Shown: positions 1-12,332 of the stretch, one piece after another | Position numbering within the stretch: the first letter of the stretch is position 1 | Layout of the letters: each line of letters begins with the position of its first letter | NCBI RefSeq assembly: GCF_006345805.1 | Contig: NC_043016.1 | Coordinates: 26,970,001 to 27,034,000, forward strand | Origin: Octopus sinensis | Lineage: Eukaryota | Reading direction: 5' to 3' | DNA length: 64,000 nucleotides | Position numbers and translations under genes: made by a program | Notes under the pieces: model-generated | Databases searched by the model: none | The model's input: the letters and a program-made list of their open reading frames with translations, nothing else | What the model was told of the DNA's origin: nothing

Positions 1-94
1 ATTTTCATATTCATTCAAATAACATTGAAGAAGATTAAAATAAATGGGGAAAAAACAAAACATGAATTTAACTGATAACCCAATACACAAATTT

Positions 95-200
95 GATTTT
101 TCTTTGTCTATTACTGTAATATCTGGCTTGTCATGTTCCATCTTCCTATCAGTTTGAATGGGAAAATCTCACAAAATCTTACATGTTTCTAATCCAACTC
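95..200 (-). mobile_element. R4/Dong-like non-LTR retrotransposon fragment (RLE domain region)
   Basis: Minus strand reads KIL*DFPIQTDRKMEHDKPDITVIDK, matching the WDF..TD....PDI motif of the other R4-like copies here. Confidence 0.7.
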
Positions 201-237
201 ATTCTGTCAAAGGATTGCACCATTATTATTATTAAAA

Positions 238-450
238 AGGCAGCAAGCTGGTAGAAGCATTAGCACACTGGACAAAGTTCTTAGTGGCATTTTGTCTATC
301 TTAATGTTCTGAGTTCAAATTCCACTGAGGTTGAGTTTGCCTTTCATCCCTTTCTGGAGTTGATAAAATAAATATCTGCACTGGCATTGAAGTAATGAAT
401 TAGAACCCCTCCTCTCAAAAATTTCAGGCCTTGTGTCTCTAGTAGAAATA
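238..450 (+). mobile_element. SINE family B (Nin-domain-like)
   Basis: Head aaggcagcaagctggtagaa, B-box-like gagttcaaattcc, and gcctttcatcc..gataaaata core, all repeated many times in the window. Confidence 0.8.
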
Positions 451-929
451 ATTATTATTATCATCTTCTTTCAATTCTGTTTCCATAGATGCAGGAGTGG
501 ATGTGTGGTAAGTAGCTTGCTAACCAACCACATGGTTCCAGGTTCAGACCCACTGCATGGCACCTTGTGCAAGTGTCTTCTACTATAACCTCAGGCCGAC
601 CAAAGCCTTATGAGTGGATTTAGTAGACAGAAACTGAAAGAAGCCCGTTGTATATATATATATATATATATAATCAATAATAACAAAGGGTAAAATTAAT
701 TAATTAACTAGTAATCAATAATTTCACCAAGTAGAATTCGGCATGAAAAAGGACCATTTCAAGGTAAACTTAAGTAATACTTTATAATTAGGGTTTAGCA
801 AAGATTTGCTTTACCACATACCAAAGTTCAGAAATAGCAGCCAAAGAACTCCCGAAAAAAACAAAGTACTCGAAACCAATCCACGCAGGCAGAGAGGAAA
901 AATAACGAAAATCAATCGATATTTGATTA

Positions 930-1012
930 CCCATGTATGCGTTTCGGAATTAGATCGGTATAAAGAATGTAGAATTTATACTTTACCCGAACATTTTCTT
1001 CATCAGCAGGGG
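930..1012 (-). ncRNA. Type I hammerhead ribozyme motif, slightly degraded copy
   Basis: Minus strand CCCCTG-CTGATGA-A-long stem II-GAAA-CGCA-TA-CATGGG; one stem I mismatch and a CpG-type change in stem III. Confidence 0.7.
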
Positions 1013-1143
1013 ACTTCACAATATTAAATATTAAAAATATTAAATCCAAATATATTTATTATATTCAATTCTCTTCCAGAGATATATTCAATTCTTCCAG
1101 TGCCTTTGGATTTAATATTTTTAATATCTAATATTGTTGGAGT

Positions 1144-1226
1144 CCCATGCTGATGAAGAAAATGGTTGGGTAAAGTATAAATTCTACATTCTTTATACCG
1201 ATCTAATTCCGAAACGCGTACATGGG
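1144..1226 (+). ncRNA. Type I hammerhead ribozyme motif (PLE-type, minimal palindromic stem III)
   Basis: Stem I CCCATG (1144-1149)/CATGGG (1221-1226); core CTGATGA 1150-1156; GAAA 1211-1214; ACGCGT palindrome; GUA site, predicted cut after 1220. Confidence 0.85.
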
Positions 1227-1631
1227 TGACCAGATATAGATTGATTTTCGTTATTTTTCCTCTCTGCCTGCCCGGATTGTTTTTGAGTACTTTGTTTTTT
1301 TCGGGAGTCTCTTTTTAAAGTAGAGGAAATAGCTAAGATTCTTTGGCTGCTATTTCTAAACTTCAGTATGTGGTAAAGCAAATCTTTGCTGAACCCTAAT
1401 TATAAAGTATTACTTAAGTTTACCGTGAAATGGTCCTTTTTCATGCTGAATTCTACTTGGTGAAATTATTGATTACTACTTAATCAATTAATTTTACCCT
1501 TTGTTATTATTGATAATATAATTTTCTCCGAGATCATAAACTACAGATTTTTTCTGTAGTATCTTTACTTGATGACACACATGGATGGGCAGGGGAAGGT
1601 GATGAACCTCATTCTGAACCCTATTTATAAA

Positions 1632-1670
<39 letters not shown>

Positions 1671-1747
1671 CGTGTGTGTATGCTGAACCCTAATTATAAA
1701 ATATATATATGTGTGTGTGTATATATGTATATATGTATGTATGTATG

Positions 1748-1781
<34 letters not shown>

Positions 1782-2004
1782 TGTGCGTATATATGTTTGT
1801 GTGTCCGTCCCCCAACATCGCTTGACATCGATGCTGGTGTGTTTACATCCCCGTAACTTAGTGGTTCGGCATAAGAGACCAACAGAATAAGTATTAGGCT
1901 TATAAAGAATAAGTCCTGGGGTCGATTTTCTCAACTAAAGGCAGTGCTCCAGCATGGCTGCAGTCAAAATGACTGAAACAAATAAAAGAATAAAAGAATA
2001 AAAT

Positions 2005-4800
2005 AATTTCTTGCCAAGTGTCTTCCTGACACCTATGGCATAGAAGTTCACTGTATGCATTGGTAGGCCATTAAAATAAAGACACCAGATTGTCCCTTGT
2101 CATGTGATAGAGAAAAAGGTGAAGAAAGACGGAGATGGAAAGGAAAAGATAAAAAAAGATAAAATTGTAAAGAAAGAAAATATAGGGGAAAAAGGAAAGA
2201 AAATTCACAGTGACAGTACTCTTCTCAATATGTGTGATGTGCCAGTTAAGACAACCTTTTGCACTTCCTGCATGAAAGGTAAGCCAGGGATCATCCTCAA
2301 ATAATTTTCAGTTCTTTTTCTGTTCATTCCAAGTATTCCTACAATCATTGGTGTTGTAACCATCTTGAAATGCCACATCTTTTCAATTTCAATCAGCAAA
2401 TCTTTATATCTTCTGAGCTTATCAAATTCTTTTGCCAAGATATGATAACAAGGTATGCTCATGTCAATCGATAAATAGACTTTATCGTTTTGGTCTTTCA
2501 CAACAATATCTCTTTTATTAGTTTTGGTGGTCCAATCTGTACATACTGGAAAGTCCCAAAGAATCATTACATTTTCTCCCTCAGCTACAGCTTCAGGGTG
2601 GTGCTTGTACCATTTGTCAGCAATTTTGATTTTATAATGTTGACATATTTTTGACTTTGACAGGATGTTTGATTTTATAATGTCAATATCCAGTGTAGAT
2701 ATTGACCAACTCTGTCATGTCTTGATTTATACTCTAAAGGTGCTAAACCCTTACACCCAGAGATTAGGTGGTCCACTGTTTCAATCTTATCATTGCAGCA
2801 TTGGCACTTTGGGTCTACACCATTTTTCATCACATTAGCTTGATAGTTCTGAGTCAATAAGCTCTGATCTTGAGCAGCCAAGATAAAACCTTTACTCTCT
2901 GCTTTTAACCCTGAGCTCTGTAGCCATTGATGGGTGTGCTTCTGGTCTACATCAGCTTGTTTGCTACGGACCACATATTTGTTGTGCAGAGGTTTTTGTT
3001 CCCACCTATCAGCTAAATGTTCAAATGCATTTTGCTTTACCATTGATTTCACCTTCTTTGCAACAACAGTTGATGCACTTCCATCATGCCGTTCAACCTG
3101 GGTATTTGCATGAACCCACTAGCAAATTTTTTGCTTTCCTTCATGAAGCTTCTTACATCTCTTGTGGTTTTCAACAAGTTTTAGCATCTGGTCATCAGAT
3201 GTTTCAAGATATTTGGCCAATCCAACTGTGGTGGTTTTGTAGGAGATTTCAAACTGGATCAAGCCTCAACCTCCTTGAGCTCTGGAAGGTTAAGACGATC
3301 TGCATTTGTCATTGAGTTGTGTATCTTATTGCAAGTTAGCAGCTTATGCATTTTCCTGTCAATTTACCTTATTTTGCTGATATTTCAGTCCAACACATTG
3401 TAACTATAAATAACAGCTGGAACTGCTAAAGAATTTATGGCTAACGCTTTGTTATGGACATTTAACTCAGATTTTAGGACTGCTTGAACTCTCCTATAAC
3501 ATTCCTTCATGATCTTCTCTTTCATGCTTGCATGCTGAATGCCAGAGCCTTAATTTATTCCAAGGTATTTGTAAGTTTGTTCCTGCTCAAGTTCTTTAAT
3601 AATTGTGTCAACATTTAACCCTTTCATTACCAACCCAGCTGAAACCGGTTCTGTCTCTGAGTACAAATGCCTTGTTTTCAATCATTCTGAATTAAAATCT
3701 TCCACCAAACCTTAGTCACAATTTATGTTCCTAACACTAGCAGAATGATAACTAAGTTATTTTACTAAATTCTTTGTTATATTTTAAATAATTGAAAGAA
3801 ACAGAGAGCATCTCAAAATAAATACAGTAACGAAAGGGTTAACACCATTGAATATAAGGTTGTCAATTTTCCTTTCTGGAAAGTAGCCTTGGCACATTTA
3901 TCAAAACCAAATTCCATCCCAATGCCATCACTGAATGCTTTCACAGCATGTAATAGTCCTTCAAACTCATTATCATCTTTGCCATAGAATTTTAAGTCAT
4001 CCATATAAAATAGATGACTTATTTTCTTGTTGCTAATTTTATACCCATACCTTGTTCTGTTAAGTTCACTTGTAAGGGTATTTGGGCAATGCAAAAAATT
4101 AGAGGTGAAAGTTATTCACCTTGGAAAATGCCACAGTTCATATTAATATTGTTTGTGGTCAGTACTCCATTAGGGTGGTATAATTGGAGATTCGTATTCC
4201 ACATCGACATGTTGTGCTTCAGGAAGTTTGAAATCACGGGAGAAATTTTGAAGATATCCAGCGATTTCAAGATCCATGAATGCAGTGTGTAGTCAAAGGC
4301 CTTTCCATAATCAATCCATGCAGGTCTGAGATTTCTGTGTTTGTTATGACAGTTCTCAATGATCATGCAATTGATTAAGAGTTGGTCTTTGCATCCATAT
4401 GAACATCCTCGACACCCTTTTTGTGCAGTAAGGAAAATATTGTTGTTCCATAAATTTGTATGTTTCCTCCACAAGGATGGATGTTAAACTTTTATACATG
4501 GAAGATAGACATATTATGGGCCAATAGTTTTGAGGAAATTTGGGTTCATTATGTTTCAGGAGTGGGTAAGTAATACCTCTTGCTAACCAATCAATGGCTG
4601 TCTATCATTACCAGGGGATTACTTTCATGAGAGTCATCCTTAAGTCTTAAGTGTTAAGTCATGAGAATCATCCTTAAGCCTGTGATGGCTTCCCATGCTT
4701 GTTTGCTAAATTTTGATAGGATCCTTCTGTACATCTAATCCAGTCTGCATTTTCATTGTTTGTCTTTTCATCGCACCAAATATTTTTCCAAAAGTTTGCA
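2005..4800 (-). mobile_element. Degraded R4/Dong-like non-LTR retrotransposon (RT, CCHC knuckle, restriction-like endonuclease, 3' UTR)
   Basis: Collinear broken ORFs GCKDQLLIN, AWIDYGKAFD, GIFQG, SHLFYMDDLK, IGMEFGFDKCA, FILAAQDQ, CQCC..ETVDHLISGC..RHD, ILWDFPV, IDMSIP. Confidence 0.92.
3619..3838. mobile_element. piggyBac-type MITE family 1 inserted in the R4-like RT
   Basis: TTAA on both sides; termini CCCTTTCATTAC...GTAACGAAAGGG; reverse-orientation copy at 55017-55235. Confidence 0.9.
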
Positions 4801-5026
4801 ACTTCTTCCATGGGAGGTGAGGGTCTTCAATGGTTATTTTCTCCTTCTCTATTTTTCTGTAGAATGCTTTTGCATTGGATGTGAACAGCTTATTTTGCTT
4901 GTAAAACTTGTTTCTCTTCTCAAATCTTTATTTTCTTTGAGCTTTTGCTTGGACTTTTTGCTGCAGTGTTTCTTTCTGTTGACAGCAGTTCTTCTGTTGG
5001 TGGGAATCTATATTTTCTCTTGGTCT

Positions 5027-5150
5027 TTCTTCTTCTTCTTCTTCTTTCTTCTTCTTCTTCTTCTTCTTCTTCATCCTCCTCCTCCTCCTCCTCCTCCTCC
5101 TCCCCCTCCTCCTCATCCTCATCATCATCGTCATCATCATTATTATTATT
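5027..5150. repeat. Compound trinucleotide microsatellite (CTT)n(CCT)n(CAT)n(TAT)n
   Basis: Direct reading; explains the poly-E/S/P ORFs at 4760-5232. Confidence 0.95.
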
Positions 5151-5165
5151 AATGTTATTATATGA

Positions 5166-5372
5166 AGGTGGCAAGCTGGCAGAATTGTTAGCATGCTGGG
5201 CAAATTGTTTAGTAGTAATTCATCTGTCTTAGTGTTCTGTGTTCAAATTCCAATGAGGTCGACTTTGCTTCTCATCCTTTTGTGAGGTCAATAAAATAAG
5301 TACCAGTTGAACACTGGGGTCAATGTAAATGACTCATTCCCTCCCCCCAAATTGTGACAAAATTTAAAACCA
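5166..5372 (+). mobile_element. SINE family B
   Basis: Same head, B-box and core as 238-450. Confidence 0.85.
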
Positions 5373-5419
5373 TTCTTCTTCTTATTATTATCATTATTAT
5401 TATTATTATTATTATTATT

Positions 5420-5937
5420 GAGTGAGAGAGCAGTTCATGCCATCAAAGTGACACTGGGGTAAAATATACGAAGCCCAATATACCCATCATGACTACCCGT
5501 CTGATAAAGGTACACCAGGCACATGCATCACAACCATATGTGCGCGACATGGTGATCTCATATCAAGATAAACAGCACATGACCTTGCAGGTGGGGCCCA
5601 GTTAGAATTTTCTTCAGGTTGAGTAGCCCATCCCGCTCAAACGGTCCCTGAATAAGGGTTGTTTAAGGATGTTGAAAGAACCACCCATGTTTCCAGAGGT
5701 GAACTATTCAAACCCCAGACAATCCCTCTCAACACATGGCTATGATGCTCCCCCACTACTTCTGCTCGTGATCAGAGATGCACATATCGTCAGCCACTAA
5801 GGGACATGCTCAACTGGTTAAGGTCAAACAACTGACAAGCAAATCTGTGGTATTGAGCAGAATATTTGCTGTAGCCCATCTTTTATACCAAGACAAAACA
5901 ATGTACATGATAACACTTCCAATCAGTTAAGATCAGA
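5420..5937 (-). repeat. Unclassified approx. 520-bp insertion inside an (ATT)n array, probably the 3' end of a TAA-targeting retroelement
   Basis: Complex non-coding sequence sharply bounded on both sides by (ATT)n; orientation inferred. Confidence 0.5.
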
Positions 5938-5970
5938 ATTATTATTATTATTATTATTATTCTTATTCTT

Positions 5971-6002
<32 letters not shown>

Positions 6003-6085
6003 CATTATTATTATTATTATTGTTATTATTATTATTATTATTGTTATCATTATCATTATTATTATCATTATTATTATTATTATTA

Positions 6086-6132
<47 letters not shown>

Positions 6133-6162
6133 GTTATTATTATTATTGTTATTGTTATCATT
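5938..6162. repeat. (ATT)n microsatellite
   Basis: Direct reading. Confidence 0.97.
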
Positions 6163-6482
6163 GAAGATGTGATGTTTATTATTAGTTTCTACTACAAGAC
6201 ATTTGTTTCCTCTCAGTGAAAATGGTTTCTAGTCAATTTATTTCAATGTACATTCAACCAACATTATTTGTTTTTTTACAAATGTTTACATTCTTTCACA
6301 TTCATGCTAGTTCTTACATATATTTTGATGGGATATTATATTTATGAATTATACTATATAGTGGTTTTGTTATGACATTGCATCATATAAAGAAAAAATC
6401 TTGGTGGCAGTTAGAATATTTGTTTATTTTATTGTAAGTCAAAAATTGTGTAACTCCCCCAAACCAACATAAACTATCACAC

Positions 6483-6541
6483 CTTTGCATTTTATCTGCA
6501 CGTAATCCTTTTTTTTTGTTTATTTTTTTCTTGTTCTTGAC
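6483..6541 (-). other. Weak candidate exon (VKNKKKINKKKGLRADKMQ)
   Basis: Minus strand ttcttcag acceptor and AAG|gtgtga donor with one open frame; no homology recognised. Confidence 0.15.
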
Positions 6542-7505
6542 CTGAAGAATTTATTTAATCGTGTTTCTAGTGCTCAAAGAAGTCCTTTCAAAATGAGATG
6601 TGATTATTTTGTTTCCTACAGACCATTTCCTTCACTACATTTGCATAAAAATACTGTCCATGAGCAATACAGCAATGGATGCCTTCTTATAATGACTAAC
6701 AGAACTTTCTTTTTTGTATAGTTGAAACTAATTTATTTTGTTTATCATTTTAATCAGGTGACATGGTAGTGACCATGATAATTTTAAAGGGTCTCTGAGA
6801 TTGGTGGGAAGGAGAAAGGATTATATATTCAAACTTGAGACCTGGCTCAAAGTGCATCAAACAGAATGGACTCTGCTGAAGGTCCCCAACCCAAATAAGA
6901 GATCTGAATTCATATTGCAAAGAACTAGAACAAAAACCCACAAAGTATCCTATCCAACATTCTGGCATATCTCACCAATCCGCCATTCTGGATAGGTGCA
7001 TTTTTCTATCAACTCCAAAAGAATAAACGGTAAAGTTGACCTCTGCAAGATTTGGATGGGATTTGTTATAGCCTTAGTATTTTTGGATTAACATTAGAAC
7101 ATCAAAAACTCTCTTTCTTAATGTCCAATGATTGAAGATTTTTCTTTCAGTACTTAAAAACTACTACCAAAATTTTGATGTCATATCTTCTTAAAAAAAA
7201 ACAATGTAGAACTTAAAAACTAATGAGGGTACCATTATATGGTCAGAGCAAAATCTCTCTCTCAAACAACACTTTACTGTCTTTACAAAAAAAGAAAAGA
7301 AAAGAAAAAATTGGTGTGGAGGTAATGTTGGATAATGTAGTTTGTAATAAACTATGTATGAACAGATGGAGTGGTACAAGAGATCGCAACTATGCCTTTG
7401 AACATAAGTAGATTAGGATTGACCTGGAGCTAAACAACAGCAACAATAATAGACTCAAAATACTATTCTCTTGATGATACAAGTCTTTATTCTTATTTAC
7501 TCATT

Positions 7506-7865
7506 ACTCTTTTACTTGTTTCAGTCATTTGACTGCGGCCATGCTGGAGCACCGCCTCTAGTCAAGCAAGACTTATTCTTTGTAAGACTAGTCCTCATTC
7601 TATCGGTCTCTTTTGCCGAACCGCTAAGTTACAGGGAAGTAACACACCAGTATCGATTGTCAAGTGATGTTGGCGGGGACAAACACACACATACATATAT
7701 ATGACAGGCTTCTTTCAGTTTCCGTCTACCAAATCCCCTCACAAGGTTTTGGTCAGCCCGAGGCTATAGTAGAAGACACTTGCCCAAGGTGCCACACAGT
7801 GGAACTGAACCCAGAACCATGTGGCTGGTAAGCAAGCTACTTACCACACAGCCACTCCTGCGCCT
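7506..7865 (-). mobile_element. tRNA-derived SINE family A
   Basis: Near full-length reverse complement of the family consensus. Confidence 0.92.
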
Positions 7866-8362
7866 ATTTACATTTAGATTATAATTTAGAAGTATTGAGA
7901 AATATGAAATAAAGTATACATTTTTCATAGAAATTACTTGAATGTGAATGGAACTATAAATAATAATTCACGGTATATTGGTAAACAGAAAAAAATTCTA
8001 GGACAGGAAATAAGCAGACGGTCACTAATAGCAATAGAATCATGCATCTACCGTATGCCAGATAGTTGCGATCTTTTGTACCAAAGTGACTCTTCATTTT
8101 TTAAGCGCCCAAGTGAAGTTGAAAGTGTGATGTATGCGGAAGATTTGAAGTAAAGACAGCTACCTTCTCTCCGTCGACGCAGATCTCTCCGACAGTAACG
8201 CAACCTTCGATGTGGCCAGACCCAAACGCTAAAAAATAGCAGCTGCTTTTCCCTTACCTTGTCGAAGCGCTCACACATCCAGCACTGTCCCCTGCCTGCG
8301 TGCGTGTCACACCTGCCCCTTCCTCTTCCAGTCAGCCCTAAGTTCTGGTTGGCTCCCCAGCT

Positions 8363-8625
8363 GCTGATGAGTTCACTCTCATCAATTCACCACAGACAAA
8401 GTTCATTGTCATCAAATCTTCACAGGAAAAATTCACTGTCATCAATTCACCTTTTTTTTTTAATCAATAAAATAGTTTTTAACTATTAATGGTAAGATAC
8501 TCTGGATGTATTTTCTCAGTAAACTTTCATCACAATGAACTTTCTTCATGGTGAATTGATGGCAATGTACTTCCCTCATGGGGAACTTTCTTCATAGTGA
8601 ATTGATGGCAGTGAAATTACTGTAA
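8363..8625. mobile_element. MITE-like element with inverted subterminal short repeats
   Basis: Repeated tcatcaattcacc on the left and gtgaattgatggca on the right. Confidence 0.55.
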
Positions 8626-8696
8626 TATAGTAGATGAGTGGTTCAAGTCCTGTGGGTGGCAGTTCACCTTCTTTTCTCTCCAAGGTTCTTTTTTAA

Positions 8697-8917
8697 CCCT
8701 TTAGCATTCAGATTACTTTGTCAAATCTAATGCTTATTTATTCACATTGTTTTGAATCAACCCTGATCTGTCTCATAGCTTCAAGATTTCAGTAATGTGA
8801 TTGCATATTTTTCAGAATCACATTGTGGGATAGGTATAAAAAGTCGGATTTGGCCAATTTGAGCATAAAACAAGTAGAATATTTGGGCCGGATATGGCCG
8901 GTTTGAATGCTAAAGGG
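8697..8917. mobile_element. piggyBac-type MITE family 2
   Basis: TTAA-CCCTTTAGCATTCA...TGAATGCTAAAGGG-TTAA; related copies near 31000-31190, 33505-33686, 34325-34545, 48862-49082. Confidence 0.9.
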
Positions 8918-9172
8918 TTAAACCCAATACTGAGTGATGTTATTTATTATATATCTATATTGGTTTGCATTTGAGCTACTTTATACAAGTCACTTATTTA
9001 TATTCTTGTTCTGGGTTTAGTGAGATGTAGCTATATTGTTTAACCCTTAAATGGTGAACATCATCAATTTATATATACATGCATATGTATATATGTATGT
9101 ATACTTATGTGTATATTATGTATGTATTATGTACCTATCTATCTGTGTGTCTGTCTGTGTTTCTTTCTCACC

Positions 9173-9203
<31 letters not shown>

Positions 9204-9734
9204 ATATATATATATATATATTATATATATATATTTCTGAAAATCTGGAAACTATTATGATAACTCTGTTTGCTGGCAACACTCAATGAGGAAGTGTAAG
9301 GAAGATCCTTGTATATTTTGGAATGCTAGAGACTGTGTCTTTAGCCATTAATCTTTTTAGCATAACTTAAACCTTTTACATCAATTTGCTGCTTCAGCGT
9401 GCGTTTAGGAATTCATTTTAGCAACATCTGAATATCTAATTACACTGGATCAAGTAAAAAAATTACTTTTAAATACTCATTCATTTGGTTTAGTATTTGC
9501 TATGAACTGACAGAATGAACTTAATAAAACGTTTAAACATATTTAGCAAAAGTAAAAAAAAATATCCTGCCACAAATTACATTGTAACTCATTTGTGGAG
9601 GAACATGTTTAAGATACTGACACAGATGGATGCCAATAGGGCTAAAAGTTCACCCACAAATATTGTATTACTTTCTTGTAAGAACAGAGTAAAAACCAAA
9701 AGTTTTTACACCTACTCTTTATTTTAAGGAAAAT

Positions 9735-9775
<41 letters not shown>

Positions 9776-9889
9776 AATAATAATAATAACACGAACTTCC
9801 AACCTGTTGTCTCTTTAGGTCTCTGGGTGAGACTTGGAGCCAACTTGTACAAATATAAAGCAAAAGACAAACATAGGATAATAATAATA

Positions 9890-10151
9890 AAAATGGTTTC
9901 AAATTTTGGCAAAAGCTAGTAGCTTTTATTAATTTTTTTTTTAGGGAAGGCGAAGTTGATAACATTGACTCAGTGCTTGACTGGTACTTATTTTATCCAC
10001 TCTGGAAGGATGGAAAATTAAAATCAACCTTGGTGGAATCTGAGTGTAAAGAATGTAAAGATAGGTGAAATGCTACTAAGCATTTTGTCTGGTGTGCTAT
10101 TGGCTATGGTAGCTCGCTGTTTTAATAAAAATATTAATAATAGTGATAATG

Positions 10152-10217
<66 letters not shown>

Positions 10218-10405
10218 TCAAAATTTGGTACAAGGTCAACAAATTCAAAGGATGAATAAATTTATTATGACTGGTACTTATTTTATCAACCTCAAAAGGA
10301 TGAAAATCAAAGATTACCTTGGGGGAATTTGAACTCAGAAAGTAAAAGATGAATGAAATACCACTAGGCACTCTGTCCAGTGTGCTAACGATTCTGCCAG
10401 CCTGC
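9890..10405 (-). mobile_element. Two SINE family B copies separated by (AAT)n
   Basis: Reverse-complement family B motifs at about 9890-10100 and 10215-10405. Confidence 0.75.
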
Positions 10406-10408
10406 TTC

Positions 10409-10433
10409 TGTAGTAGTGGTAGTAGTAGTAGTG

Positions 10434-10504
<71 letters not shown>
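10409..10504. repeat. (TAG)n microsatellite
   Basis: Direct reading. Confidence 0.97.
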
Positions 10505-11295
10505 CTTAGACAAATACAGTACATCACAGCAGAGGAGTCTTGGTTATGGCTGAAGAATGGAGAACTTCAGAAAGTAACAGAAGGACTCATAATGGCTGCT
10601 CAAAGCCAGTCATTGCAGACAAATACCATTAATGCCATAATAGACAAATCCTTGGAAAGTGTAAAGTGCAGAGTAGTTAATGAGAAAGAGGAATCCATTA
10701 TGTACATTTGTTCCTGTAGTCCTTTGGCACAGAAGGAGTACGGACACAGACACAGCTAATGTGGACAAGACACAACACTGGGACATATTATGGCAATGAT
10801 TTAAAGTAGAAAAAAAATGGTACCAACATCAATCAGAATGACCATTAATGACCAGAGAATGATCATTACAAGATTTTGTGGGATTTTAATGTACAGACTG
10901 ATTGTGAAATTCATGCCAGGCAACCAGATATTATGGTTCACGATGAGGGAATGAAAGAGTGCACCATCATAGATGTGGCTATATCTGCAGACATTAATGT
11001 TGCAGTCGAAGAAAAGGAGAAAATTGGAAAATACCAGAATTTGGCTTGGGAAATATGGCGAATGAAGAGGGTTTCTACAAACGTAATCCCAGTTGTCATA
11101 GGTGCTGTTACCATCAGAGTTAAAAGCTCCTTTATTGGGATAGGTGTAACTACAAGAGTTGCATTGATTTAGAAATCTGCTCAATTGGGAACAGCAAGGA
11201 TTTTAAGAAAGGTCATTGATATTTAAATCAAACTGGTTGTGACCCAGTATCAAGGACATTGATTCTAAATGAAAAACATTCAAGCACAGCATGAA
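10505..11295 (+). mobile_element. R4/Dong-like 3' fragment
   Basis: WLKNGELQKVTEGLIMAAQSQSL, WDFNVQTD..ARQPDI, IIDVAI, VIPVVIGA; ends in (TAA)n. Confidence 0.9.
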
Positions 11296-11360
11296 TAATA
11301 ATAATGATGATTATAATAGTAGTAAAGATAATAATAATAATAATAATAATGATAATAATA

Positions 11361-11770
11361 GGAAATAGGAAACCAGACATAGTGTTAAATGAGAAAGAAA
11401 GCAAATGATGCTGGATCATAGATATAACATGCCCAGCTGACAACAAGGTATGCGATAAGGAAGAAAGAAAGGTCAATAGATATAACAGGTTAGCTTGGGA
11501 GTTTAAGCAGTTGTGGTTGCTGAAAAACACAGTAGTAGTACCAATAATTGTTGGAGCCCTGGGAACAGTGAGTAAAAATCTTGTGAAGTATATGAAACAA
11601 ATAGGGGCTGCAATAAGGGTGGATCACTTGCAGAAAATAGCACTGCTTGGAACGGCTTGAATATTCTGAGTGGTGCTCGAAAAATAAGGGTTGTTACCTT
11701 AGTTCACTGGTAGTGAACAGCTGACACCACAATACATCTCCAGCATTAGAAGCTGTGCAAAGACAATAAA
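11361..11770 (+). mobile_element. R4/Dong-like 3' fragment
   Basis: RKPDIVL, IIDITCPAD, VVPIIVGALG, ALLGTA; flanked by (TAA)n. Confidence 0.88.
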
Positions 11771-11807
11771 ATAATAATAATAATAACAACAACAACAACA
11801 ATAAAAA

Positions 11808-12243
11808 TGAGGAGGGCATCACCATCCTTTGGAAGTTTCCAATACAGACAGAAAAATTGACTCCAATCAACTAGACATTATAATCAAGGACTACACAACA
11901 GAGGAACTTGTCTGTTAATAGATATGTCTGTCCCACAAGATCAAAATGTCTCAAGAAAGGCATAGTACCAATAGTAATTGGGGCATTGGGAATGAAAGAA
12001 AAAGGGAGCTGGGAAATATATTAAGCAAGTCCCTGGTAAGTCCAATCTCCATGAACTACAAAAGATAACCTTGATGGGTACAACCCACCTACTACGGAGA
12101 GCACTCTCCATCTAAAATGGCATAAATGTGGTGATAATTTCAGCATGCATAGCAAAAAAAAAAAAGTGCCCTTGCTACTCTTGGCCTCTGGAGGATGCCC
12201 GGTATTAAGGCAGCTGAAATAAAGTCATAATGAAAGGAAATCA
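11808..12243 (+). mobile_element. R4/Dong-like 3' fragment with internal deletion
   Basis: ILWKFPIQTDRKI, LIDMSVP, VPIVIGALG, LMGTTHLLRRAL; ends in (AAT)n. Confidence 0.85.

Positions 12244-12332
<89 letters not shown>

Larger units (their letters stand above)
673..1514. mobile_element. Fold-back element of two inverted pseudo-LTR-like arms, probable non-autonomous Penelope-like element
   Basis: Arms 673-1050 and 1105-1514 are imperfect reverse complements with a 54-bp spacer; each arm has a hammerhead motif; inserted in (TA)n. Confidence 0.8.
490..2003 (+). mobile_element. tRNA-derived SINE family A, split at its central (TA)n by nested insertions
   Basis: 5' half 490-650 with A-box/B-box-like motifs; 3' half about 1790-2003 ending cagtcaaaatgactgaaac(aataaaag)n; intact copies elsewhere show the two halves joined by (TA)n(TG)n. 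Confidence 0.9.

Noticed and set aside
806-1381. Paralogous 73-aa and 62-aa ORFs starting MLYHI on opposite strands
   Set aside because: Products of the inverted repeat; they use non-ATG starts and the frame is not conserved between arms.
4760-6161. Poly-E/S/P/I ORFs, and similar YI/HT/CV ORFs throughout
   Set aside because: Translations of microsatellites.
8360-8385. CTGATGAG hairpin as a hammerhead
   Set aside because: No GAAA, stem III or stem I partner follows.
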